Shown here in pieces: positions 21,815 to 32,074 of a DNA stretch of 64,000 nucleotides (position 1 is the first letter of the stretch; the number at the start of each line of letters is the position of its first letter). Source of the stretch: Nanobdellota archaeon. GTDB lineage: Archaea; Nanobdellota; Nanobdellia; Pacearchaeales; GW2011-AR1. The stretch is from contig JAUSIC010000011.1 of the NCBI GenBank assembly GCA_030648285.1, forward strand, positions 1,513-65,512, read 5' to 3'. The translations under genes and the position numbers were made by a program. The notes under the pieces are model-generated. The model saw only the letters and a program-made list of their open reading frames with translations. It did not search any database and had not been told where the DNA came from.

Positions 21815-22160
21815 TTTAGAATAAAAGTGTAAGTCGGGAATAGGCCACCTTCTGTCGTTCTCAGTCTGCTTTCGCAGTCTGACAGAACGTGTTGACATTC
21901 CACTATGCAGCATAAAGCCTTGCACCAGTCAAGACGGCTGTTTCATCAAATCTCGTCTCTCAAAGTTCCAACCATGTCTTCATTACTCAAGACGAGCTGT
22001 GTCATTTCTGTTCCGGAGCTTTACCTCACGGCAATTTGCATTTCTACAAATGACTTATATTATGGTGGGCGGACCTTCCTCAGAACTAAAATCTATATTT
22101 CGATTTTTGATAACTTAATATCTAGTCCCGAAGTCAACTACCCGACTTACAAAATATCAA
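21815..22160 (+). ncRNA. candidate structured ncRNA (class unresolved; weak RNase P P4/CR-I and CR-V-like resemblance)
   Basis: About 330 nt with roughly 45-50% GC and no ORF. The termini GTAAGTCGGG (21831) and CCCGACTTAC (22140) are perfectly complementary. There are internal helices such as ATCTCGTCTC/AGACGAG. Confidence 0.3.
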
Positions 22161-22300
22161 CAAAGAATGAGTTTTTAAGGCTTTTCTTTTGACAAAACTT
22201 TTATAAATCACTCTTAGTTAATATTACTATAAAAAGAGAAAATGAAAAATAGGAAATTTTCCATAAATACAAAATTGGCTTGGAGGTATTTTGCATAAAG

Positions 22301-22600
22301 ATGGAAAAAGAAAAGAGGCAGAGAAATCCAGAAGCTTTAGGAATAGCTGGTTTCACGTTGGGAGTAATGAGCTTGGTGATGATGTTAGTCTCGCCACCAA
22401 TTGCAGGAATCTTGACTGCCATAGTAGGAACTGTATTATGCCTTGCCCAACAGAAAAAACACAAAACAAGAACAGCAAAAACAGGATTAATACTTAATGT
22501 ATTAGGAGTAGTCTTGAACGCTGTATGGTGGGTTTTATTAATCAAGATAATTTATCCTTTCATACAAGAAAGATTGGGAAGCGTATTCCCTTCAGCATAA
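22301..22600 (+). CDS. small membrane protein (DUF4190-like)
   Basis: Two TM helices. Preceded by the conserved leader motif. The start is ATG 22301 in GCATAAAGATG. Confidence 0.4.
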   Translation: MEKEKRQRNPEALGIAGFTLGVMSLVMMLVSPPIAGILTAIVGTVLCLAQQKKHKTRTAKTGLILNVLGVVLNAVWWVLLIKIIYPFIQERLGSVFPSA

Positions 22601-22601
22601 A

Positions 22602-23168
22602 ATGACAAACAAAAAAAGAGGAGCAATGGAAATGTCAATGGGAACAATTGTAACAATTGTTCTTTCAATCAGTCTTTTAGTTGTTGGAATATTTTTCATA
22701 AGCCAAATTGGCAAGGTTTCAAAAGGAGTAATTGATTTGACAGAAGAGCAGTTGAGAGACCAGATTAACAAATTATTCTCAGAAGAAAGCAAATTAGCTG
22801 TTTATCCTGGAACAAGGTTTGTTGAAATAAAACAAGAAACAACAGACGGAGCTGGTTTTGGTATAAGAAATTTATTAACAGGACAAGCAGGAACAAAAAC
22901 TTTTTCTTATGAGGTTGTTGTTGCAGATTCAGATGCTGATTTGAATACAAAATGTGGAATTAACAAACAAATAGCATTGGGCTGGATTGTTACAGGAAAA
23001 TCAGAAACAAGCATTCCTATTGCTTCTGGAGATTATTCTGTTCAAAAGGTTTTGTTTGAAATTCCTGTTGGTTCTCCTCTTTGCACAATAAGATACAGAG
23101 TTAATGTAAAAGCAGATACATCTGCTTATGCAACAGATTTCTTTGATGTGAAGATTAAGGCGAAGTAA
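22602..23168 (+). CDS. secreted/pilin-like protein with putative class III (type IV pilin-like) signal peptide
   Basis: N-terminal KKRGAMEMSMGTIVTIVLSISLLVVGIFF. Confidence 0.4.
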   Translation: MTNKKRGAMEMSMGTIVTIVLSISLLVVGIFFISQIGKVSKGVIDLTEEQLRDQINKLFSEESKLAVYPGTRFVEIKQETTDGAGFGIRNLLTGQAGTKTFSYEVVVADSDADLNTKCGINKQIALGWIVTGKSETSIPIASGDYSVQKVLFEIPVGSPLCTIRYRVNVKADTSAYATDFFDVKIKAK

Positions 23169-23266
23169 TTTTTGAAAGGAAAGATTAATTAATAATTGAA
23201 GTCTGTTGTCGATGTTATTAAGTTGATTAACCTAATATTTAAAAATTCCTTACACCTATCTAAATC

Positions 23267-24628
23267 ATGGCACTTAAACTCTATAATACATTAACAAGAA
23301 AGGAACAGAAATTTAATCCTATACAGAAAGATTTAGTTAAAATGTACATCTGCGGACCTACAATTTATGATTATGCACACATTGGAAATTTAAGAGCATA
23401 TCTATTTGGAGATATCTTGAGAAGATTTTTGAAATTCTCTGGTTATAGAGTAAAAGAAGTCATGAACCTGACTGATGTTGATGACAAGACAATAAGAGGA
23501 AGCAAAAAAGCAGGAGAAAGCTTGAGAAAATTTACAGACAAATATGAAAAAGTATTTCTTGAGGACATAAAAGAAATAAATATTGAAAAACCAGAAGTAA
23601 TGCCAAGAGCAACAGAACACATAAAAGAAATGGTGGCTCTTATTAAAAAACTTCTTAACAAGGGAATTGCATACAAGGCAAATGACGGAATTTATTTTTC
23701 AATAAAGAAATTCAAAGATTATGGAAAACTCTCTGGAGTAAAAGTTGAAGAATTAAAGATAGGAGCAAGCGAGAGAGTAAAAAAAGATGAATATGACAAG
23801 GAAAATGCAAATGATTTTGTTCTTTGGAAATTTTATGACCAAGAAGATGGAGATGTTTTTTGGGAAACAGAGATTGGAAAAGGACGCCCTGGTTGGCATA
23901 TTGAATGTTCTGCAATGTCGATGAAATATCTTGGAGAAAGCTTTGACATTCATCTTGGTGGAACAGATTTGGTTTTTCCTCACCACGAGAATGAAATTGC
24001 ACAAAGCGAAGCAGCAACAGGAAAGCCATTTGTAAGATTCTGGCTTCATAACGAATGGATTTTAGTTGATGGAAAAAAAATGTCAAAATCCTTGGGAAAT
24101 TTTTACAAATTAAAAGACATAATAGACAAGGGATATTCTGCAATGGACCTGAGATATTTTTATTTGTCAAAGATTTACAGACAACAGTTGAATTTCACAT
24201 GGGAAAACCTGGAAAATGCAAAAAATTCTCTTGAAAGACTGAAAAATATTCTTTCAAACCTTGATAAAAGCAAAAAGATAAACAAGAAAAGTGTTGATGT
24301 TGCATTGAAGCAGTTTTCAGAAATAATGAATGATGATTTGAATTCTGCAAAAGCACTTTCATTCTTGTGGGATGTTTTGAGAGACAGCAGATTAAATGAT
24401 AGTGAAAAATATGAAATTGCTATTGAACTTGACAAGGTATTTGGATTAAAGCTTGGAGAAGAAGAGAAGATTGAAGTTCCAAAAGAAGTTGAAAGATTAG
24501 TCAAAGAAAGGGAAAAAGCAAGAAAAGAAAAGAACTGGAAAAAGTCAGATGAATTAAGAGAGAAGATTAAAAAACTTGGTTATGCTATTAGTGATACAGA
24601 AGAAGGAAGCAAGATAAATAAACTATAA
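23267..24628 (+). CDS. cysS: cysteinyl-tRNA synthetase
   Basis: MYICGPTIYDYAHIGN (HIGH motif) and KMSKSLGN (KMSKS motif). Confidence 0.9.
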   Translation: MALKLYNTLTRKEQKFNPIQKDLVKMYICGPTIYDYAHIGNLRAYLFGDILRRFLKFSGYRVKEVMNLTDVDDKTIRGSKKAGESLRKFTDKYEKVFLEDIKEINIEKPEVMPRATEHIKEMVALIKKLLNKGIAYKANDGIYFSIKKFKDYGKLSGVKVEELKIGASERVKKDEYDKENANDFVLWKFYDQEDGDVFWETEIGKGRPGWHIECSAMSMKYLGESFDIHLGGTDLVFPHHENEIAQSEAATGKPFVRFWLHNEWILVDGKKMSKSLGNFYKLKDIIDKGYSAMDLRYFYLSKIYRQQLNFTWENLENAKNSLERLKNILSNLDKSKKINKKSVDVALKQFSEIMNDDLNSAKALSFLWDVLRDSRLNDSEKYEIAIELDKVFGLKLGEEEKIEVPKEVERLVKEREKARKEKNWKKSDELREKIKKLGYAISDTEEGSKINKL

Positions 24629-24629
24629 T

Positions 24630-25079
24630 ATGGAAAAAAACGAGAGATTCTTTGAATTTAACAAAGAAATAGTCTTTGGAGAGATTGGAGCAATTTTAGG
24701 TTCTTCTTTAGGAGCATATTTATCTTTTTTAATCTCGGGGAATGAAAAATTAATTCCTACATTTACAGTAGTTGGTTCAATAATCGGAAGCACAACTTTA
24801 TATTTATCCACAAAAATATATCACAAAATAAAAAGAAAAGAATTATCTTTGAAAAATATATTTCATGATTTAAAATTTTACACCCCTGTTGCAGCACCCT
24901 TGAGAATTTTTTTGGGTTATCCTATCTTGTATTTCCTTACAAGATATTTTGTAAGAAACACTAACATGGGGGCTTTTTATGCAGGAGCATTAGGAGAATT
25001 CTTGTCCTTTTTGGTTTTCTTATTTCTAATAAACATGTATAGAATTATTCTTTTTCGTTTTTTCAAGAAAAGAATCTGA
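24630..25079 (+). CDS. hypothetical membrane protein
   Basis: 149-aa ORF with about four TM helices. Confidence 0.4.
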   Translation: MEKNERFFEFNKEIVFGEIGAILGSSLGAYLSFLISGNEKLIPTFTVVGSIIGSTTLYLSTKIYHKIKRKELSLKNIFHDLKFYTPVAAPLRIFLGYPILYFLTRYFVRNTNMGAFYAGALGEFLSFLVFLFLINMYRIILFRFFKKRI

Positions 25080-25118
25080 TAAAGAAAAGATTATAAACTG
25101 TTTTTTAATTGGAAAAGA

Positions 25119-25541
25119 ATGGTAACAGATTATGAAAAACGTATAGAAGAAGACATAAACCAAATAAAGAGACAGTTTGAGGGAGGAGTTTCAGGAACAA
25201 AACGGTTTCAGATAGATGTTTCTGGAACAATCGGAAGAGTTCTCTATAGTTTTGTATCTTACTGGAAAAATCCTAAAAAAGAAGACAAAGGAAAATTAAT
25301 TCCAGTAGAATTTCACAATGTGATTCGTGGACTTGAAGCATATCTCCTTCAGAAGATAAGGGAAGTAGCAACACTAGAAAACACTTTTAAGAGTGGTGGT
25401 GAAATATGCAGAATAATAACAGAAGGAGATAAAAGAAAAATAGCAAAATTAGAACAATATCTTCTTGAAATGACAGTAAAAAAACCAGAAGAAGGAATAA
25501 TCGAGTTATCTCTTAATGCACCTCAGAAAGAAAATATTTAA
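25119..25541 (+). CDS. hypothetical protein
   Basis: 140-aa soluble ORF. Confidence 0.4.
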   Translation: MVTDYEKRIEEDINQIKRQFEGGVSGTKRFQIDVSGTIGRVLYSFVSYWKNPKKEDKGKLIPVEFHNVIRGLEAYLLQKIREVATLENTFKSGGEICRIITEGDKRKIAKLEQYLLEMTVKKPEEGIIELSLNAPQKENI

Positions 25542-25694
25542 ATCCTGTTCTACTTGATAGAATTAGGTGAAAAGAGATGACAGAAACAGAAGTTTCAGCA
25601 CAAATACAAAATTGGCATGGAGTGAATTGAAACGAACAGGAAGTTCATTTCACGCTATTTTTCAAAAAGAAAAATATCAGAGGTATTTTGCATA

Positions 25695-26216
25695 ATGGTA
25701 AAAAATAAATCCGCACAAATGAAAATACAACAAATGGCTTTCATGCTAATGGCTATTACATTATTTTTTGTTTTGGTGGGAATTTTTGTGTTGGTAATAA
25801 GGTTTTCAGGACTAAAAGAAGATTCTCAGACTCTTGAACAAGAAAATGCCATGCTATTAGTATCAAAACTTGCTAATTCAGGTGAATTTTCCTGTGAAAA
25901 TGCTTTTGGAACATTGTCCAACTGCATTGATGCTGATAAGGTAATCGCATTAAGCAGCAGAGAAGAATATGAAAGATTTTTTGGTGTTGCCAAGATAGAA
26001 ATAAGAAAAATTTACCCTGATAATGGAAACACACTTTGCAATGAAGAAAATTATCAAACATGCGGAGTTATAAGAGTACTAGATAGAAATGTAAAAACCC
26101 TTCCTTCTTCATCTAATTTTGTCTCTTTGTGCAGAAGAGAGATAGATAGTACTGGAATAGGATATGATAAATGTGAAATGGCGAAATTAATTGTTACAGG
26201 AGAAGATAAAACATGA
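25695..26216 (+). CDS. pilin-like/secreted protein (putative class III signal peptide)
   Basis: N-terminal KSAQMKIQQMAFMLMAITLFFVLVGIF. Preceded by a leader motif that carries a roughly 56-nt insertion. Confidence 0.4.
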   Translation: MVKNKSAQMKIQQMAFMLMAITLFFVLVGIFVLVIRFSGLKEDSQTLEQENAMLLVSKLANSGEFSCENAFGTLSNCIDADKVIALSSREEYERFFGVAKIEIRKIYPDNGNTLCNEENYQTCGVIRVLDRNVKTLPSSSNFVSLCRREIDSTGIGYDKCEMAKLIVTGEDKT

Positions 26217-26695
26217 AAAGGAAGATTAAAGGACAAGAAGAAATAGTAGGGTTTGCACTAATAATCATAATTGTGGCAGTTATCCTGCTGGTTATTTTAG
26301 GATTATCGCTTGGAGGAAAAGGAAAAGAAGCTGTTCAGAGTTATGAAGTTGGAAGTTTTATACAAACTACTTTACAATATACTAGTGATTGTTATAATGG
26401 GATTGAATATTTACCCATACTAAAATTAATTTTTGAATGTGAAAATGAAAATTCCTGTGATGATGAAAGAAATACCTGTGATGTTTTGAATTCCACATTA
26501 AGGGAGATTAGTGAAAAAAGCTGGAAAGTTGGGGAACAAGCCCCTATAAAAGGCTATAAAATAAGAATCGTAACAGAAGAAAGAGAAGTCTTGCTGATTA
26601 AACAAGGAAATGAGACAAAAAGTTACAAGAGCTCGATGCAGAGTTTTTCAAGGCAAGGAATAGACTATGACATGAGTTTTAGTGTGTATTACTGA
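26213..26695 (+). CDS. archaeal type IV pilin-like protein
   Basis: N-terminal KIKGQEEIVGFALIIIIVAVILLV fits the K-G-Q / hydrophobic class III signal. Confidence 0.5.
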   Translation: MKRKIKGQEEIVGFALIIIIVAVILLVILGLSLGGKGKEAVQSYEVGSFIQTTLQYTSDCYNGIEYLPILKLIFECENENSCDDERNTCDVLNSTLREISEKSWKVGEQAPIKGYKIRIVTEEREVLLIKQGNETKSYKSSMQSFSRQGIDYDMSFSVYY

Positions 26696-26852
26696 AAGGA
26701 AGGGAATTTCGCATCAGACTTCGTCATGATGCTTTACTAAAAAATAATTAATGTGTAATAACTTGGATGTAGATTAAGTTAAACAAACGGATTTAGATTA
26801 ACATTTTATCCATTTTCGAGCGATAGCGAGAAGTATTATGACTCAAAAAAGG

Positions 26853-27200
26853 TTAAACTTTCAAACGTATAATTATATTATCCACAATTACTTCTGGCCT
26901 TAGTCTTGAACGTCCCTTTGTTTTTTCTTGAATTAAATCAATAAAACCAAACCTTTTTAGGAGCTTTACATCATCATTGACAGACTTAAAGCCACGATTG
27001 AGAATCTTTGAAAGCTCATATATTGACTTGGGTTTTTGAGTCTTTATGACATGGATAATCCTTGCTTTTTCATTGCTTAAAAGCTGTCTTAAAGCTAAAA
27101 CTCCTGAGAAGTCATAAGCTTCTTTAGAGGACTCTTGCTTTTTGAATATAGAGAATGCTCCCTTTGATTGAGTTATAGTTATTTCCCTTGTTTTAGTCAT
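26853..27200 (-). CDS. winged-HTH transcriptional regulator (putative)
   Basis: KSIYELSKILNRGFKSVNDDVKLLKRFGFIDL is an HTH-like segment. Confidence 0.4.
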   Translation of the reverse strand: MTKTREITITQSKGAFSIFKKQESSKEAYDFSGVLALRQLLSNEKARIIHVIKTQKPKSIYELSKILNRGFKSVNDDVKLLKRFGFIDLIQEKTKGRSRLRPEVIVDNIIIRLKV

Positions 27201-27550
27201 TTTTCATATATATGTTATTTCTTGATATATAATATTTTTAATTACCATATATTAATAAATGTTTAGTTTGAGGCTTTCTGACTAATGCCCTAAATATGTA
27301 GTAAATGATAGTAACAACGCAGTATTTATAAATAAAATACAGGAAAGAGGGGGGTTTTGGGGGTAAATAGTAAAAAGGGTGGGTAAGGTTTTTAAAGGAA
27401 AAGCGATTTTAGGTAATACTAACGCCTCAGGCATGAGGTGTCTACATGGGGGATATATTCAAACGACTAAAAGCTAACCCTATGGCTTTTGGACGGGAGA
27501 CAGTTGTCGTAGGCAACATGCTTATACAGGTGAAAGGAGGTTAATGAGAG

Positions 27551-30052
27551 ATGAAACAAATTTTTAAAAAGATTTCAGCAATCGCTGCAAGCGCATTAAT
27601 GATGGGTATGTCTTTGGGTGTCGCTGCTGCTGCAAATTATCCTAGCCCATTTACGGCAGGAGATACAGCAATAGTTTATGGTAGTGGAACAGGTGTTTCA
27701 CAACTAGATTCTGTTAGTGCGGCAAATATCCAAGCAGATTTATCTGTAAAAGTTGGTACTGGAACTGGTACAGGAGGCGGAAGCGTTACTGGTGGAGATA
27801 GTGTATTACTTGCAAAGTCAAGTGATAAGCTTAACATCAATAACACTTGGTCTGTTTTCTCTGGAACAGTAACAAAGGACAACTTGAAGACTTTGCTTAA
27901 AGATGGAACATATGCTGCTAGTGATAATGATGAGTTTGATTACGAACAAAAAATCGCACTTGGAACTCCTGAATTAAAACATTTCAGAGATTCTGATTAC
28001 GAGAGCCTTGTTGGTTTAACAGCAAAGACTCCTGTTGTGGGATTTAGATTAACATCAAACACACCTGTCTTAAATTATACACTTGACTTCTTAACAGATG
28101 TAACAAGTGATGTAGTTAGTAGCAGAATGGATGACATTGAGGGAAGTGATATTCCTTTAATGGGAAGAACATACTATGTTTCAGAATTGCAAAATGGCTC
28201 AAGCACAACTAGCTTTGGTAAGCTTGTTCTATTAGATGCTGCAACTGTCGGAAGCGTCAAGGAAGGAGAAACCGCGACTGTTGCCGGACACACAGTTAGC
28301 ATTGACTGGATTGACCCAGATGAAGTAGTTTTCATGGTTGATTCAATAAGAGCTCCTGCAAGCGGAAAACTTGTTAAAGGAAATTCTTACAAATTAGCAG
28401 ATGGCTCTTATATTGGTGTTAGGGATATCTCTTCAAAGGATGTTTCTGGAACTGTTGGTAGTGCATCATTCAGCATGGGTACAGGAAAATTGGAATTACC
28501 AAGTTTCGGTGCTGATATAAAAATGAATGATGAAACAATTACTAACCTAAAAGGTTGGGTATACAAATCAACAGGAGACAAGCTAGATAAAATTGTTATA
28601 GAATGGAAGACAGATGGTGAAGATTATCTTTCACCTACAGAAGAACTTAAAATGCCTGGTTTTGATGCACTTAAGTTCACTATGAACAATTTAGTAAGAA
28701 ACCCTGAAGAAAAAATAATAGTTGAGAAAGATGGAGATACAGCTATAGAACTAACTTTACCTATTAAAAGAGGTGAAGTTGCTGTAGACATACTATACTC
28801 TAACGCAAGTGGAGAATTCGCAGGAGTAGGAAAATCTGCTACAGAAAGATTGGCAACAACAAACTCTTCTACTATTAGGTTCTTTGAAAGACAAAATGGT
28901 GCTGATTACCATAAGTATTTCTTTGCAACTTATAATGTTAGTAAAGAAGGGCAATCTTATTTGTTGAGAGCACAAGTTTCAGGAGATGTAACTGCTGGTA
29001 GAAATGAAACAACTATTCAGAGTTATGAAAATGGTGCATGGGTTGATGCTTGTGTCGAAAAAGCAAACGGAGACACATGTAACATTGGTGATGTAACCTT
29101 AACAATGGGTACAATCAATTATACCTCTGGAGGAGATGAAAGTGTAAATATTACTGCCGGAACAAACGTTAATTTCAGAAGTGTAATTACTCCGGGAGGA
29201 TTGGTAGTTTACTTACCTTTCGGTAATGCTTCTCTTGATTTGGGTAGCACAGGTGGACCAGTAAATGGATCTACTGTTGTGGGTGCTCTTGATTTAGGAG
29301 TTCTTGCAGAATCTGTAAATGTCGCTGGACACAGTTTTGATTCATTCTACCTTACTTTTAATAGTGAGGATAAAGATGAAACTCTGGGTACTGGTAAAGC
29401 ATTTAGCCTTACTATAAATGACAACACAGATAACAACTTGCAGGTTCAACATGTAAATACTACAGGAGGTAATGATGCTGGTTCAGGTTCAGGTGGACTT
29501 GATGGCTTAGAAATAGGCGATACAAGTACATATGAAGCATATGTGAAATCAGATGTTGCCCCTAGAATATTGCATTACACACAACCTGATGAAGATTGGG
29601 CTGAATTGTACTATCCAACTAATTCCCCAACAGGAAGTTCTGAAACTTATGGAGAAGTATTCTTAGCTGAAGCTGGAGCTATATTAGTTCCAGGAACAGG
29701 AGGACAACTTGGCTTAGTTCTTGTAAAAGATACAGAAGTAAGTACAGTAAGTTCAAAGAATTTAATTGTTGTTGGTGGAAGTTGTATTAACTCAGTTGCT
29801 GCAAATCTTGTAGGTGGTGCTTATTGTGGAAATGCTTGGACTGAAAAGACAGGTGTTGGAACAGGACAATTCTTAATCAAGAGTTATTCTGGAAAATACA
29901 CTGCTGGAAAGATTGCTTTGTTAGTTGCAGGTTATGAAGCTGCAGATACTACTGCTGCTACTACTGCTTTAATAAACAAAGTAATTGATACAAGCAAAGA
30001 GTACAGAGGTACAACAAGCACAACAACTGTTACAGAAGTAACTGCTGCTTAA
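27551..30052 (+). CDS. large secreted surface (S-layer-like) protein
   Basis: Signal peptide MKQIFKKISAIAASALMMGMSLGVAAAANY. The 833-aa sequence is rich in Thr, Gly, Ser and Val. It has a long GC-rich 5' UTR and a strong oligo-T tract downstream. Confidence 0.55.
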   Translation: MKQIFKKISAIAASALMMGMSLGVAAAANYPSPFTAGDTAIVYGSGTGVSQLDSVSAANIQADLSVKVGTGTGTGGGSVTGGDSVLLAKSSDKLNINNTWSVFSGTVTKDNLKTLLKDGTYAASDNDEFDYEQKIALGTPELKHFRDSDYESLVGLTAKTPVVGFRLTSNTPVLNYTLDFLTDVTSDVVSSRMDDIEGSDIPLMGRTYYVSELQNGSSTTSFGKLVLLDAATVGSVKEGETATVAGHTVSIDWIDPDEVVFMVDSIRAPASGKLVKGNSYKLADGSYIGVRDISSKDVSGTVGSASFSMGTGKLELPSFGADIKMNDETITNLKGWVYKSTGDKLDKIVIEWKTDGEDYLSPTEELKMPGFDALKFTMNNLVRNPEEKIIVEKDGDTAIELTLPIKRGEVAVDILYSNASGEFAGVGKSATERLATTNSSTIRFFERQNGADYHKYFFATYNVSKEGQSYLLRAQVSGDVTAGRNETTIQSYENGAWVDACVEKANGDTCNIGDVTLTMGTINYTSGGDESVNITAGTNVNFRSVITPGGLVVYLPFGNASLDLGSTGGPVNGSTVVGALDLGVLAESVNVAGHSFDSFYLTFNSEDKDETLGTGKAFSLTINDNTDNNLQVQHVNTTGGNDAGSGSGGLDGLEIGDTSTYEAYVKSDVAPRILHYTQPDEDWAELYYPTNSPTGSSETYGEVFLAEAGAILVPGTGGQLGLVLVKDTEVSTVSSKNLIVVGGSCINSVAANLVGGAYCGNAWTEKTGVGTGQFLIKSYSGKYTAGKIALLVAGYEAADTTAATTALINKVIDTSKEYRGTTSTTTVTEVTAA

Positions 30053-30054
30053 AC

Positions 30055-30092
30055 ATAATTTTTATTTTTTTCTTTTTTTTTCTTTTTTTAAC
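30055..30092 (+). terminator. oligo-T tract (archaeal-type terminator) after the surface protein gene
   Basis: TTTTATTTTTTTCTTTTTTTTTCTTTTTTT immediately 3' of the stop. Confidence 0.5.
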
Positions 30093-30260
30093 TTCCTGAC
30101 GAAGGTTTCGTGGGTTATTGGGGGGAGGGTTAATAGAAAAATTGAAGTCTTTTGTAATTGATTTAAAATTAACAACGTCGTTTTTGATTAATTATATATA
30201 AATCTTACGAAGCAACTATTATATCCAAACCTATAAAAATACAAATTTATTTTATTAAAC

Positions 30261-30833
30261 ATGCGAAAGATAGTTTCAAGAGAAACAGAGGCAAAAAAGA
30301 GGAAAAGAAACCAATTAATTATCGGGGGGATTTTGGTTGGAATCATGATATTAAGCACTGTCGGTTATGCTGTTAATAGAGAGAGCCCTTCAGGAGCAAA
30401 AAAGATAACTTACAAAGGAATTGAATTTGTTCAGCAAAATGGTTACTGGTTTGCAACAATTGGGGGTGTGCAATTTGCATTCAAATACAATCCCCAAGAA
30501 ACAGAAGAAATTAACGGATTTGCAACCATAAGAATCAATGATTATTCTGGAAAACCACTCTATATTTCTTCTGATAACCTGGATGCTGAAAATGAATTAT
30601 ATCAAAATCTTGATTCTATAATCCTTAGAAGGCAATCTGCCTGCTTGCAAGGACAAACCTGCAGTAACAAAGATTATCCTGTAAAAACCTGCGATGATAA
30701 TTTTATCATAATAAAAGAAGCAGGAAACACTTCAATAAGTCAGGAAAAAAATTGTGTTTTTATAGAAGGTAAAAAAGAGGATTCTGTCAAACTAATTGAT
30801 AAATTCTTGTATAAAACACTTGGTATTCAATAG
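30261..30833 (+). CDS. membrane-anchored hypothetical protein (paralogue of 30884-31594)
   Basis: N-terminal TM. Shares the YKGIEF/YKGVEF segment with its neighbour. Confidence 0.4.
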   Translation: MRKIVSRETEAKKRKRNQLIIGGILVGIMILSTVGYAVNRESPSGAKKITYKGIEFVQQNGYWFATIGGVQFAFKYNPQETEEINGFATIRINDYSGKPLYISSDNLDAENELYQNLDSIILRRQSACLQGQTCSNKDYPVKTCDDNFIIIKEAGNTSISQEKNCVFIEGKKEDSVKLIDKFLYKTLGIQ

Positions 30834-30883
30834 AAATATTAAGGTATAACAATTTTTAAAAACATCAAAAAAGGAGTATAAAG

Positions 30884-31594
30884 ATGGATAGTGAAGAAAA
30901 AATTGAGGAAGAGAAAATAGATGAGGAAAAAGCAGAGGATAAGAATAAGCATAACAAAATTATCATTGGAGTTTTTATAGCAATAATCTTTGTTGCAGCT
31001 TTGTTTGTTGTTGTTCATCTAATTGTCAACTCAATGAACCAATTTACTTACAAAGGGGTGGAATTTGCAATTGACAAAACCACACTCGTAGGAAAAACAG
31101 TTTACAGGACTTCTATTCCTGTTGAAAGAAAAGATTCAATAACAGGAAAAATGATATCCAGTGCAGATTATAATTTTTGGCTGAGAAATGACCCAAGGCA
31201 ACTGGATAAAAAAGTTCCTGTCACAAATGGAAAATTAAACTTTGCCAAAAACATTGTTCTAGATTTAACAACAGACAAACTTTTTTGCGAAGGAGACTGG
31301 AATATTGGACTCCAGAATTCTCTAAACTTGTTTCATCTTCTTGGATTCAATGTATCTGTAAAGAATAACACCACTGAATATGGGTCTGCAAGTGAATTCA
31401 TGTTCATAACCATACAAATTGGAAATTCAACTAACATTGAAAAAAAATCTCCTGAAATGAACCTGGACAACAAGGGTGAAGTTCAGACAAAAGATGAAAA
31501 CTCGTATAATCTAAATGTAAATAATTGCGAGGTTATTCCTGCTTTTGAAAGATTAATGCTTGAAGCATTTGCCAGATATGCTGAGGTTGCTTAA
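30884..31594 (+). CDS. membrane-anchored hypothetical protein (paralogue of 30261-30833)
   Basis: N-terminal TM with a shared motif. Confidence 0.4.
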   Translation: MDSEEKIEEEKIDEEKAEDKNKHNKIIIGVFIAIIFVAALFVVVHLIVNSMNQFTYKGVEFAIDKTTLVGKTVYRTSIPVERKDSITGKMISSADYNFWLRNDPRQLDKKVPVTNGKLNFAKNIVLDLTTDKLFCEGDWNIGLQNSLNLFHLLGFNVSVKNNTTEYGSASEFMFITIQIGNSTNIEKKSPEMNLDNKGEVQTKDENSYNLNVNNCEVIPAFERLMLEAFARYAEVA

Positions 31595-32074
31595 ATGGAT
31601 TTTAGGCTTCTTATAGGGATAATTCTATCTTTCCTTCCAATTAGTGAATTAAGAGGAGGGATTCCTTTTGCTATTCCTTATGCAATTGATCATCAAATCC
31701 CAATAATTATTGTTTTTTCTTTAATTGTTTTAGTAAATATACTGGGATTTTTCTTTGCATTTCTCTTCTTAGACAATGCTCATCATTTGTTCCTGAGAAA
31801 TAAATTTTATAACAAAATATTTGAAAAATATGCTCTGAAACTCCAGAAAAAAGCAGATAAATTTGAAAAAAGTTACAAGAATCTTGGATTTATAGCCTTG
31901 ATGATTTTTGTTGCTGTTCCATTGCCTGGAACAGGAGCATGGACAGGTGCCTTGATTTCCTGGTTTTTGGGATTAGACAGGAAGAAAAGTTTAGTTTATA
32001 TTTCTCTTGGAGTTTTAATAGCAGGGGTAATCATGCTTTTAGGAACTCTTGGAGTAATTAAGGTTTTTTCTTAG
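31595..32074 (+). CDS. small multidrug-export-like membrane protein (COG2426-like)
   Basis: LPISELRGGIPFAIPYAI N-terminal motif, four TM helices. Confidence 0.45.
   Translation: MDFRLLIGIILSFLPISELRGGIPFAIPYAIDHQIPIIIVFSLIVLVNILGFFFAFLFLDNAHHLFLRNKFYNKIFEKYALKLQKKADKFEKSYKNLGFIALMIFVAVPLPGTGAWTGALISWFLGLDRKKSLVYISLGVLIAGVIMLLGTLGVIKVFS

Noticed and set aside
21815-22160. Confident assignment of the GC-rich region as RNase P RNA.
   Set aside because: Only loose CR-I and CR-V-like matches were found, and P1-P3 are not evident. It is kept as a class-unresolved ncRNA candidate.
21650-22192. Track ORFs 21650-21925 (-) and 21905-22192 (+).
   Set aside because: They overlap the tRNA-Phe gene and the GC-rich candidate ncRNA. 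They have no protein-like motifs and mutually overlap.
23402-24811. Multiple short antisense ORFs inside cysS (23402-23676, 23712-24170, 24175-24504).
   Set aside because: They are shadow ORFs on the strand opposite a confidently identified CysRS.
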